Shown here: one piece after another, positions 26,317 through 34,214 of the stretch
Numbering within the stretch: the stretch's first letter is position 1
How the letters are laid out: each line of letters begins with the position of its first letter
From: a virus
Lineage: Duplodnaviria > Caudoviricetes
DNA length: 35,882 bases
Strand: one strand, 5' to 3'
IMG/VR virus record: IMGVR_UViG_3300043427_000471
Coordinates: 1-35,882 of that record
Notes under the pieces: model-generated
What the model was told of the DNA's origin: nothing
Seen by the model: only the letters and a program-made list of their open reading frames with translations
The model's database searches: none
Program-made: the position numbers and the translations under genes

Positions 26317-28655
26317 TAACAGAAAAAGTAGGTGGATTCAAGGACGGAATCAAGATCAAGATCACCAATGATTGGTGGCTCTGTCTCTGCTCCGATGGCT
26401 TCAGCAAAATCCAAAAGAGGATTGCTGGATGAAAAGATTTCGCAGTAGGTTTCCCTGACTACGCGATTCAATGTGCCCATGTCAGTTGCTCGACAAAGGA
26501 CCGAATCGTGGATCACCGTGAACGGTGCGTTGAACTTCAGGAATGCTTGATGCAAGATCGAAGCATCTAATGAGTGAATAAGATTGGGAGCTGTGCTGGA
26601 CTTATGACCAGCAACATCTGGTCCTTCGTGACCTGTAGTTAGGTTCACTTCACAACGACCAAGAATCTGCAAAAGTACAGTTGATACTTTTCTTTTGCGT
26701 CTGTTTTGTTTAACAACAAAACCTGACGGCGTCTCCCAAGTAAGGTGATCTACGCCGCGTTTGAACGCTGCGCCAACTTCTTGTTTGATCCAATCCATGA
26801 CACGCATTGGACCGGGGACAACTTCATACATCGCTTCTCTGACTGCGTTAACAATCAAAGTGAGTTCTTCTGGTGTGAACTCAGCACCCTTTTCTTTCAA
26901 GGCTTCACGGATGTAAGCCCGATTAGAGTGCTTAGTAGCGTTGTATGGAATGGTCATCACTGTTCTCTTTGTGACCTTCCGATCAAGAAGAACAGCTAGG
27001 TGATCTGGCAATTTCGGCTTAGCCGTTTCTGCCACAACTTTGTATGCATCCTGTGGTGTATCTGACGGAAAGACATTGACCAACTTTGCAGTTGATTGAT
27101 CTCTCGCCATACCAGCTAGGATCTGCAGTCCTGAGCACGTAGCGTCAATAGCAACCGGCAGATTTGTCCAACTTCTTGTGCATTCAATGACACAAGCGTT
27201 GTACTCCTCACATGCAGCAAGGAACTGCCACGGCTCGTCTGCTGCCTCCCATTCAGCTATCTCCACAAGTGGAGCATTAGCCACACGAGAAATCAGGCTT
27301 TGATTCTGACGAACCCAATCCTGACGTTCTTGCATCGTGGCTTTGTCCAACCCATTCCCGTAGCAAGTTGCTACTTGGAATGCCAACCAAGCTTCTGCTT
27401 CGTCCGTCATGAACGACGGTTCAGCAAACTTCAGTAGAGACTTACCGAAGTCAGTGTCTTGTGGGGTGAGAAAGGCTGGGATCGGATACGTTCGACCTCG
27501 ATAGTCAAAGGACCACGGGAGATAGAACTTGTCTTTCCCCTTGAAGATCTTGACGGTCTCCATGGTCATTCGTGTACGGCAGGACCGTTTGAATGACGCA
27601 GCGTTGTGGTTCAACACCTCTGCTGCTTGCCGTCTGTACTCGTGCCTAGCCTCTTCGTTCTCCGCGATGTCGAACGGTTTGTTGGGGAGGGGTAGCTCAA
27701 TGATCGGCAAGAACTTACCGACCTTGTACTGACGCTCCATCAAGGTCTCAGCCACGTCGACGATGAACTCGTTGAGCGTGTAGGCAACCTTCTGGAGCTT
27801 GTTCAAAAACAGGAGTGGCGTGTTCCCCTGTATTAGTCCGTTATCGCCCCTGCGGACCATCTCATGCCCGTGCATAACCTCGTTGAGGAGGTAGCCACCA
27901 GCCTTGATGGAACTCCAATCCCGTGGTGGGACCAACATGGGCCAAGCCATTGGAGCAAACATCAGCGCGTCTTGCATCAGCTCCTCCTTTTGCATGGCAA
28001 AGAGAAGGCTGGGAACAATCAGCGTTGGTGTCCCGTTGTGACGCTTAACCGTCACCCTCTCAAACCATCCCGTGGCCTTCATCACACAGTCAAGAAGCCA
28101 CCCACCAAGCTTCGCTCGTATGGTCGTTGTCCAGTTGTCCCAGTGATGCTCGTGACGATTCATCATCGTGCGAGCAACCGTGGCCTTCTGCTGGGTGCCA
28201 CAGGCGCTGTGCCAGTACTGCCGCTTGATGCGGTCATACAGCTCAGGATCCTGTGACTCGTACCAGCGGAGCTGACACTCCTGCTCCAGAGCCTGGCCAA
28301 TGGCTGTGATCACATTGGCGATCTCATTGGCCCTGTCCTTTGGGCTGAACACCTTGTCGAAGGTCAGCTTCAACGCAATGGCTGCGGCTGCCTCCGGTTC
28401 GATCTCAGCGAGGTACTGGTGGATGGTGGCGAATTCGACGCCGTTCTTGCCCTCATGGATGCGCTTGAGGGTGTCCTGTATGACCCGTGAAACCTCTCCA
28501 AGGGCCGCCTGGATACTTGCGGACCCATAGACCGTTGCCGACCCGTAGGAGCGCTCCTCCAGCTTGCGTGTCTGATCGAGAAGCCGCTCCCGCCCGTAGG
28601 CAATGGCTCGCTTCTCCAGTTCGATTTGTTGCTCCGTGAGAGCAGGTGAAACCAT
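26316..28655 (-). CDS. Single-subunit phage RNA polymerase
   Basis: FDYRGRTY, DATCSGLQ, RKVTKRTVMTIPY, APNLIHSLDA and IHDS motifs; C-terminal YFFC. Confidence 0.98.
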   Translation of the reverse strand: MVSPALTEQQIELEKRAIAYGRERLLDQTRKLEERSYGSATVYGSASIQAALGEVSRVIQDTLKRIHEGKNGVEFATIHQYLAEIEPEAAAAIALKLTFDKVFSPKDRANEIANVITAIGQALEQECQLRWYESQDPELYDRIKRQYWHSACGTQQKATVARTMMNRHEHHWDNWTTTIRAKLGGWLLDCVMKATGWFERVTVKRHNGTPTLIVPSLLFAMQKEELMQDALMFAPMAWPMLVPPRDWSSIKAGGYLLNEVMHGHEMVRRGDNGLIQGNTPLLFLNKLQKVAYTLNEFIVDVAETLMERQYKVGKFLPIIELPLPNKPFDIAENEEARHEYRRQAAEVLNHNAASFKRSCRTRMTMETVKIFKGKDKFYLPWSFDYRGRTYPIPAFLTPQDTDFGKSLLKFAEPSFMTDEAEAWLAFQVATCYGNGLDKATMQERQDWVRQNQSLISRVANAPLVEIAEWEAADEPWQFLAACEEYNACVIECTRSWTNLPVAIDATCSGLQILAGMARDQSTAKLVNVFPSDTPQDAYKVVAETAKPKLPDHLAVLLDRKVTKRTVMTIPYNATKHSNRAYIREALKEKGAEFTPEELTLIVNAVREAMYEVVPGPMRVMDWIKQEVGAAFKRGVDHLTWETPSGFVVKQNRRKRKVSTVLLQILGRCEVNLTTGHEGPDVAGHKSSTAPNLIHSLDASILHQAFLKFNAPFTVIHDSVLCRATDMGTLNRVVRETYCEIFSSSNPLLDFAEAIGAETEPPIIGDLDLDSVLESTYFFC

Positions 28656-28700
28656 GTTGTCTCAAGAAATGTGTGCAGCTAGTACCGGTAAAAAGTGCTA

Positions 28701-28712
28701 TCCACTAGTGGA
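28701..28712. promoter_or_regulatory. Perfect palindrome TCCACTAGTGGA upstream of RNAP (putative operator)
   Basis: One of eight near-identical 12-mers at 27262, 28701, 30437, 31331, 32397, 32793, 33158 and 33230. Confidence 0.7.
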
Positions 28713-28723
28713 GCGACCTAGGC

Positions 28724-28753
28724 AAAAGAAAAGACGGGGACTAGCCCCGCCTT
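28724..28753 (-). terminator. Rho-independent terminator between attP and RNAP
   Basis: AAGGCGGGG-CTAGT-CCCCGTCTT followed by TTCTTTTG. Confidence 0.8.
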
Positions 28754-28783
28754 GACTCATTAATGCAGTGCTGAGAAACGCGA

Positions 28784-28822
28784 ACCTGAAACTAGCGCGT
28801 CTACCAATTCCGCCACATCCGC
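28784..28822 (-). mobile_element. attP core: 5' half of tRNA-Leu(CAG)
   Basis: GCGGATGTGGCGGAATTGGTAGACGCGCTAGTTTCAGGT covers the acceptor 5' strand, D-arm and anticodon loop, then tRNA similarity stops; about 140 nt downstream of the integrase. Confidence 0.88.
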
Positions 28823-28934
28823 AAGTGGCACAAGGTCAACTGCCGCAGTCGATTTCAAGGAAAAATCGAGTCGTCAGACCCTGAGATTCTCGGTTTGGGA
28901 CTCGCCGAGATGGCGTTCCGAACCCGATGAAAAG

Positions 28935-28945
28935 AGCGTATCACA
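28935..28945 (-). promoter_or_regulatory. Putative extended -10 promoter reading toward the tRNA half
   Basis: TGTGA-TACGCT matches TRTGnTAnnnT. Confidence 0.4.
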
Positions 28946-28961
28946 GCACCGGTAGGTCCGG

Positions 28962-30047
28962 TTAGATCCGAGCCATTGCAGTTAGTTGCGGCATCTGGGC
29001 CAGCAATTGTTGCAAAGCATTAACCTGATTCAAGAGCTGGTCATAGGACGGCTGAGTGGGTTGAAGGGGCTCCGGGGCGGGCTGCTGCGTAGCTCGCTGG
29101 AGCTGGGCATTGAGCGCCTCCTGGGCCTGATTACGGGCCACATCCGACACCTTGCAGTACCGAAGTGTGGTCTCGATCCGCTTGTGTCCCATCAAGTCTT
29201 TGATGGTCATCGGCGGCACACCAGACTCATTGAGGAACGTGGCGTAGCTATGACGCAGTGAATGGATCACATGCTTTTCATCAATCCCCACATACTTGCG
29301 GATCTTGTTGAATGAGCGTCGTAACGAATCAGCAGAGCCGAAGTCATCAGCAAAGATGTGCTTTTTAGGTGGCTGATCACGTGTTCTTTCAATCATGAAC
29401 GGAAGGATCCGATCTTGAATGGGGATGACACGCCAGTTCTTGGTTTTGGTGACGAAACCGTCACGCCCACCTACGTGGATCCGCAGGTTAGGTATGTCGA
29501 TGTCCATCACACGCAGCTTCTGAAGCTCACCTAGACGCATGCCAGTAAGCCCCAACGTCAGGAAGATTTCCCCCAACGCCGGGTAACCAAAGACATTGCA
29601 TGAAGCCTCGTACATCTGCTCCATCTGTGACATCGTGAACCACGTCAGACGTGACTCCGAACCACTGAACATCTCCAACGCATCAAACGGAGCTTCGTCA
29701 ATAAAACGATGCCGTTTGCAATGGTTGACGATAGTTCGGATGGTATCAATAACCTTGTTAGCAGTCTCCTTTGATGTCCAGTTGCGCTCATCTTCAAGCT
29801 CAAAGATAAGCTGAGTTACGCCAGCTTGATCGAGCCTAGAGATTGGATAGCTTGCACCACGCATCTCAAGCACATGATTAACTTGAATGGTGCGGAACAT
29901 CGAAGGCTTTGAAACCTTGGGTCGCTGTTCTTTGGGCATCTGTTGAATGCGTTTCCACTCCTCAACAGCCTTGCGTTCACGTACCCATGAATCACGAGTC
30001 TTGAACGTGTACTCTGCACACTCACCAAATGTGCGACTAGGTGCCAT
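28962..30047 (-). CDS. int: Tyrosine integrase
   Basis: Catalytic residues intact: TGMRLGE (R), TKTKN (K), HSLRH, MGHKRIETTLRY; likely start MAPSRT at 30047. Confidence 0.93.
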   Translation of the reverse strand: MAPSRTFGECAEYTFKTRDSWVRERKAVEEWKRIQQMPKEQRPKVSKPSMFRTIQVNHVLEMRGASYPISRLDQAGVTQLIFELEDERNWTSKETANKVIDTIRTIVNHCKRHRFIDEAPFDALEMFSGSESRLTWFTMSQMEQMYEASCNVFGYPALGEIFLTLGLTGMRLGELQKLRVMDIDIPNLRIHVGGRDGFVTKTKNWRVIPIQDRILPFMIERTRDQPPKKHIFADDFGSADSLRRSFNKIRKYVGIDEKHVIHSLRHSYATFLNESGVPPMTIKDLMGHKRIETTLRYCKVSDVARNQAQEALNAQLQRATQQPAPEPLQPTQPSYDQLLNQVNALQQLLAQMPQLTAMARI

Positions 30048-30387
30048 AGAGAATCCTCTTGATTGTGAGGGCGAAGCGTTCACCACGCGGTGTCATTGAC
30101 AGGATTATTCGATTACCCATCAATGGGTCTGGCTCCTTTTTGATTAAGTTAGGGCCGGGTTTTCCGAACCTATCCCAATCAGAAAGCATGTCCGTATTGC
30201 GACTTGCACTAGCTGAACTCATCTTAAGATCTTTCTCAAGATCAGTTTGCAGCACACGTTCGTGGATTGCGATGTAGAGAAATGCTGCAACGGCTTGAGC
30301 CGGTAGGCTCTTTCTAAGAGCCCGAAACTCAGCCATCACCTCTAAAAGAGGTAACAAGTCTTCATCAACAACCTGTTTGAGGACCAC
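30037..30387 (-). CDS. MarR-like winged-helix transcriptional regulator
   Basis: QAVAAFLYIA...QTDLEKDLKMSSASASRNTDML...LIKKEPDP...RIILSMTPRG; overlaps the integrase start. Confidence 0.8.
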   Translation of the reverse strand: MVLKQVVDEDLLPLLEVMAEFRALRKSLPAQAVAAFLYIAIHERVLQTDLEKDLKMSSASASRNTDMLSDWDRFGKPGPNLIKKEPDPLMGNRIILSMTPRGERFALTIKRILYGT

Positions 30388-30541
30388 TTTCGTCGGGATC
30401 AGACCACTCCCAAATTAGCTCAAACTGACGGTATGCTGCACTAATGGAGGATCTTGTGCAGGAAAAATGCAGCTTTCTTGCTGAAAAATGCCGCTGCCAA
30501 CCACAATAAAATCCGATCAAAGGAAGATAGGCCAGGGTCAT
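30365..30541 (-). CDS. Hypothetical protein (58 aa, not in ORF track)
   Basis: MTLAYLPLIGFYCGWQRH...GPQTGC; ATGA-coupled to the upstream ORF. Confidence 0.4.
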   Translation of the reverse strand: MTLAYLPLIGFYCGWQRHFSARKLHFSCTRSSISAAYRQFELIWEWSDPDESGPQTGC

Positions 30542-30702
30542 GCTGCCTCGTTCGCCGGATCAAGGTAGAACAGCCGTACTAGCGAGTCAATAGGGGTTTC
30601 GTCGTACCTCTCACAAAATGCACTATATGCATAAAGCGAAGGGTACAGCGTGAGATCCTCAAGATCGTCTTCAGGATCGAGTTGATCAAAGGTCAGCATC
30701 AT
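30538..30702 (-). CDS. Small acidic hypothetical protein (54 aa, not in ORF track)
   Basis: MMLTFDQLDPEDDLEDLTLYPSLYAY...NEAA; ATGA overlaps at both ends. Confidence 0.55.
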   Translation of the reverse strand: MMLTFDQLDPEDDLEDLTLYPSLYAYSAFCERYDETPIDSLVRLFYLDPANEAA

Positions 30703-30995
30703 TCAGGAAGGTAGTTAATCGTTCCGATAATGGAGTTAGTAAGGATCGTGACCTCATCATCAGATAAAGCATGATCTCGTATGCGGTTGTGAGCTTTTGA
30801 CTCCAACTTGTATGCATACTCTTTCAGCTTATTCTGTTTGCGGTCATAGACACGAACTACAGCACAGTAAGGTTCAGGAAGATGCCACGCCATGACTTCT
30901 TCCATTACTTCCTCAACCGTTGCTGTTTCGATGTCGTCGTCGCTTAGGTTGTTCACCTCCTCCCATTCGTTGGGAAATGGATCTTTCTTGGCCAT
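30699..30995 (-). CDS. Hypothetical early protein
   Basis: 98 aa, MAKKDPFPNEWEEV...KLKEYAYK. Confidence 0.75.
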   Translation of the reverse strand: MAKKDPFPNEWEEVNNLSDDDIETATVEEVMEEVMAWHLPEPYCAVVRVYDRKQNKLKEYAYKLESKAHNRIRDHALSDDEVTILTNSIIGTINYLPE

Positions 30996-31165
30996 AGGAT
31001 GGGAGCTTAAAGCATCGTTCTAATTCCTGGATCGATTCCAGATCACCCTCGCAGTCAACCAGGCATGCATTGAGCATGCAGAATTGACGGCTAAGGCGTT
31101 GTTGTAGCGGTTCAGGCAAGGAGTTGAGTCCTTGTGTGAACGACAGGCTTTTACTGTCGTGGAAG

Positions 31166-31208
31166 AAAAATAAAAAGGCCGGTGTTGACTGACGAGCCAC
31201 CTCCGGCT
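31166..31208 (-). terminator. Rho-independent terminator
   Basis: GCCGG...CCGGC stem followed by CTTTTTATTTTT. Confidence 0.65.
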
Positions 31209-31346
31209 GGGCAAGGATCCACTCTCAAGAGCGGTGGACCGGTGCTACGTATTTGGCAGGTGAGACCGTTCCCAGTGCCTGCGATACATCAGGAGCTCGC
31301 GTCCCTGATGCATCAATGATGCCGCGTCTCTCCACTGGTGCAACGC

Positions 31347-31520
31347 TTACCGGCCAGTTCGGCAGTCGTCACACAGTGCGCGCTCCACTAGGTAAGCCAC
31401 GAGGTTGGACATGCTGCGTCCCTCCTTCTGTGACTGCTCCTCAACACGCTGAAAAACCACCCCGCTCAACACCACTGTGAGCCGTTGGGTGGTAGTGCGC
31501 TTGTACTTGCGTGCGTCCAT
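31347..31520 (-). CDS. Ribbon-helix-helix (Arc/CopG-like) DNA-binding protein
   Basis: QRLTVVLS (beta strand), VVFQRVEEQSQKEG (helix), RSMSNLVAYLVERAL (helix); ATG at 31520. Confidence 0.85.
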   Translation of the reverse strand: MDARKYKRTTTQRLTVVLSGVVFQRVEEQSQKEGRSMSNLVAYLVERALCDDCRTGR

Positions 31521-31596
31521 GAGAACTTGGGTGCGTCCCTGTGATGTCGTAACGAACCCTCCCCACAGTACACATGTACTATCGGTGGATGGGCAC

Positions 31597-31631
31597 AACA
31601 AAAGGCCCCGAGGGTCATCCCCCAGGGCCAT
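31597..31631 (-). terminator. Rho-independent terminator
   Basis: GGCCCTGGGGG-ATGA-CCCTCGGGGCC followed by TTTTGTTG. Confidence 0.8.
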
Positions 31632-31697
31632 TAGCCTGGCTGCATCCGCGCTGGCCGGAGTGCTGCCGTATTCAGTTATGCATCAGAGTGTAGCACA

Positions 31698-32387
31698 TCA
31701 GACGATGGTTGCTTCTACTTTCTTTGCTTGAGAACCGTGTGCTTTGAATGCAACGACACACTTACGATCAGCGACAGAGCATAACTTACATTCTGCACAG
31801 TTCTTATCGCTCCACTGTGCAGGGCAGACTAAGAACTTAACGCCGTCATGTTCCCACGTCTTTCTATGTTCGTTCTTGGTAACAATGCAGACGCTAGGTA
31901 TACCTTGCTTATGTAGTTCTGCAGCGTGAGACTGACTGTGCGCTGAAGCATTAACAGTCATTCCCATTGATGGGGCGTTCTTGATAAGTTCTCGGTTGCC
32001 GTAGTGTTCAGTATCGTGGTGCGTGTAGGTCCATGCTGTTAGCTTACGTTCCGCACAAGCATTAGCAATCAAGCCGAAAGCGTGAGCATTGATTGAACCA
32101 TTGAAGTGCGGTAAGTCGCCTGCCTGATTATGACGGAAACATGTTCCCTCAGGGAGAGACTTAAGCTCGCGAATAAAAGTCTCTATGTCGTTCCCACGTG
32201 GCTTCTCAGCCCAGGGGCCATCAGAGACTTTATCCCAGTGCAATTGTAACGGGCCTGATTCCGCATGACAACCACTACCCTTAAGTGGGCATGTTGCAGG
32301 GCAGCTATCCTTTGATGTTGTAGATACTGCAATCGGGCCAGTCTTAGCGTTGCTTGACTTTTTAGTCAGGTGATACCAGTGAGCCAT
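31698..32387 (-). CDS. GP88-like Cys-rich protein (radical-SAM-like fold suspected)
   Basis: NAKTG, SCPATCPLKGSGCHA, FRHNQAGDL, AWTYTH and VCPAQ...CAECKLC...VAFKAHG motifs; start MAHWY at 32387. Confidence 0.65.
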   Translation of the reverse strand: MAHWYHLTKKSSNAKTGPIAVSTTSKDSCPATCPLKGSGCHAESGPLQLHWDKVSDGPWAEKPRGNDIETFIRELKSLPEGTCFRHNQAGDLPHFNGSINAHAFGLIANACAERKLTAWTYTHHDTEHYGNRELIKNAPSMGMTVNASAHSQSHAAELHKQGIPSVCIVTKNEHRKTWEHDGVKFLVCPAQWSDKNCAECKLCSVADRKCVVAFKAHGSQAKKVEATIV

Positions 32388-32422
32388 GATGTTTGTTGCA
32401 CTAGTGGAGTGTGATGAGTAAA

Positions 32423-32716
32423 TCAAGCGGTGATGTAGTTCTGAGCAGAACATGCAACGGATTCAATAAAGTCCCACACCATGTTGTTTTGCATGGATGC
32501 CACGTCTTGAACATCACGAGCAAACAGACTTAGGAAGTCTTCCCCGTATCGTGACATCAAATCATCCTGGATCTCTTCATCGTATTTGTTGAAGAAATCA
32601 ATTGTGTCTTTGTAGTAGATGTGAGCAGTTGCCGTACCAGTTGCACAGCCATACTCTGAGATGTCACGGAGTTGCAGACGGTCATAAGTCTGCAGGATCT
32701 CATCTCTTGCTGTCAT
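32423..32716 (-). CDS. Small acidic early protein
   Basis: MTARDEIL...DISEYGCATG...IYYKDTIDFFNKYDEEIQDDL. Confidence 0.7.
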   Translation of the reverse strand: MTARDEILQTYDRLQLRDISEYGCATGTATAHIYYKDTIDFFNKYDEEIQDDLMSRYGEDFLSLFARDVQDVASMQNNMVWDFIESVACSAQNYITA

Positions 32717-32776
32717 TGTGGAGAATTGCGAGGGAAACAATCAGAGCAGTTAATGCAGGGAGAGGAAGAAAGAGGA

Positions 32777-32938
32777 TCAACGTTGGATTGTTTGCACTTG
32801 TGGAGGATTTGAATCAAATGGATTGACTCCTAAGCCGCCTAGGATCGTGAGCGATGAGAGGCCCACTGAGAAGAAGAAGAAGGCGCCAGTTTCAAGCCAG
32901 AGATACAGGCCAGGGCTGCGGTGATGTTTGCGTGTCAT
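32777..32938 (-). CDS. Small predicted membrane protein
   Basis: Hydrophobic run GAFFFFSVGLSSLTILGGLGV; start MTRKHH. Confidence 0.5.
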   Translation of the reverse strand: MTRKHHRSPGLYLWLETGAFFFFSVGLSSLTILGGLGVNPFDSNPPQVQTIQR

Positions 32939-32958
32939 TGTGTGCGTCCGTGTGATGA

Positions 32959-33150
32959 TCAAGCGATTGCCATAGCTGCCCACTTGTCAGGGCCACCATG
33001 GAATTCTTCATACGTGAGCACGTCGATATAGGCGAAGGGCTGCTCCTCGCTCAGAGCATCGCAGTAGCGCTCAGCGTGATCCTCAGTATCGAAGCTATGG
33101 AGGCCGACCCATTGGCCAGCGTCATCCATGCGGCAGACGTAGTAGTTCAT
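32959..33150 (-). CDS. Hypothetical protein, probable first early gene
   Basis: 63 aa, acidic; first ORF after the non-coding gap. Confidence 0.65.
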   Translation of the reverse strand: MNYYVCRMDDAGQWVGLHSFDTEDHAERYCDALSEEQPFAYIDVLTYEEFHGGPDKWAAMAIA

Positions 33151-33520
33151 TGGTGCTTGCAGTAGTGGACAGAGGGCAGCGAGCAGAAGTCGATCTGTGC
33201 TGCGTGTCCTGACACTAGACGATCAGCGCTCCACTTGTGCAGTGTGCAGTAACAGGACTTAATGGGCGAACAGATCACTTTACCGCTACGTATTCGTATC
33301 ACCAGTCATACCAATGGATCTCAGCGATTGTGGCTGAAATAATAGTTCGTCCGTACCACTATTTGGTCATTTGCAGCTAGTTTGTAGAACTAACGCGCTC
33401 GATTCCGGGCCAAAGAGGGGCCATGGGGGTAGAACTGCGCCCCTGCCCTAGCGTATTGACTTAAGAAATTTTTGTTATAAATCTAAGACCCTTCCAGAAT
33501 GACCTAGAAGGGCCTTATTC
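33151..33520. other. Non-coding gap, probable genome-end/terminal-repeat junction with early promoters
   Basis: No credible ORF; lies between post-terL genes and early genes, where T7-like genomes have their termini. A collapsed repeat cannot be seen directly. Confidence 0.55.
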
Positions 33521-33808
33521 TCACTCTTTGGTGTCAGTATACCAAGGAGCAGTTAGACGCATCTCAGGGAGGCTTGTAGAGGCCTCTGATGAAGTCTCCG
33601 TATAAACCGGAGTGACACAATCAGGCAACGGCTCTTGAAGCGATTGATACTCCTTAATCGCTTCATCCAATTCAACCTTCACACGGTTGTTGATGAGCTG
33701 TTCTTCTAACCACACCAGAAGACCCAGCAGGAGATGATCTACCCATGGGATCTTGGTCTTCCATGCCTTGTACAGAGCTTTGAACTCATTTAACTTAAGT
33801 TGATCCAC
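33521..33808 (-). CDS. Hypothetical protein
   Basis: 95 aa, GTG start; last gene before the gap. Confidence 0.65.
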   Translation of the reverse strand: MDQLKLNEFKALYKAWKTKIPWVDHLLLGLLVWLEEQLINNRVKVELDEAIKEYQSLQEPLPDCVTPVYTETSSEASTSLPEMRLTAPWYTDTKE

Positions 33809-33825
33809 GGCATAAGTGAAGGTGA

Positions 33826-34176
33826 CTACTCGTTGTCGGGAAGTTGTTCAAGGGCGCGGCGGATTAGGTCAGAATCCCCGCCAGATGTTTCGAATGTCGC
33901 TGCAAATGACTCAAAGTGCATCAAAGCCTGCTCCTTCAAGCTCGGCGGCTTGGGGCGGCGGGCGGCACGGAGTTGCCGAGATTCACCAGACCAACCTTCT
34001 CGATCCAGCCACTCACAGCACGCCTCCAGCTCTTGGTCTGCGCCCCATTGGGCGGCGCGGGTGGCAAGGAAACGCTCTGAATCACTCAGCTCACCGCTAA
34101 CCGTGCAGCCAAAGAACTCACCAAGCCACTGCTTCACCAGCTCCGGCGGTGGGGTGATGGGATGTTGTTGTGTCAT
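33826..34176 (-). CDS. Hypothetical cyanophage protein
   Basis: MTQQHPITPPPELVKQW...AAQWGADQELEACCEWL...LRAARRPKPPSLKEQAL; visibly GC-richer than its flanks. Confidence 0.8.
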   Translation of the reverse strand: MTQQHPITPPPELVKQWLGEFFGCTVSGELSDSERFLATRAAQWGADQELEACCEWLDREGWSGESRQLRAARRPKPPSLKEQALMHFESFAATFETSGGDSDLIRRALEQLPDNE

Positions 34177-34214
34177 GGGTGATTAGTGGTAATGACTACT
34201 ACTGGTAAACAAAA

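Noticed and set aside
28784-28822. A complete tRNA-Leu gene
   Set aside because: The 3' anticodon stem, variable arm, T-arm and acceptor 3' strand are missing; treated as attP.
30913-31214. 95-aa and 64-aa minus-strand ORFs
   Set aside because: Both start inside or just before a terminator hairpin and run through its U-tract; a shorter gene may exist here but I cannot support a start.
33456-33481. Plus-strand sigma70 promoter TTGACT...TATAAA
   Set aside because: The spacer is only 14 nt and there is no plus-strand gene downstream.
33800-34186. Plus-strand 128-aa and 94-aa ORFs
   Set aside because: They are antisense to the GC-rich 116-aa gene, where stop codons are scarce.
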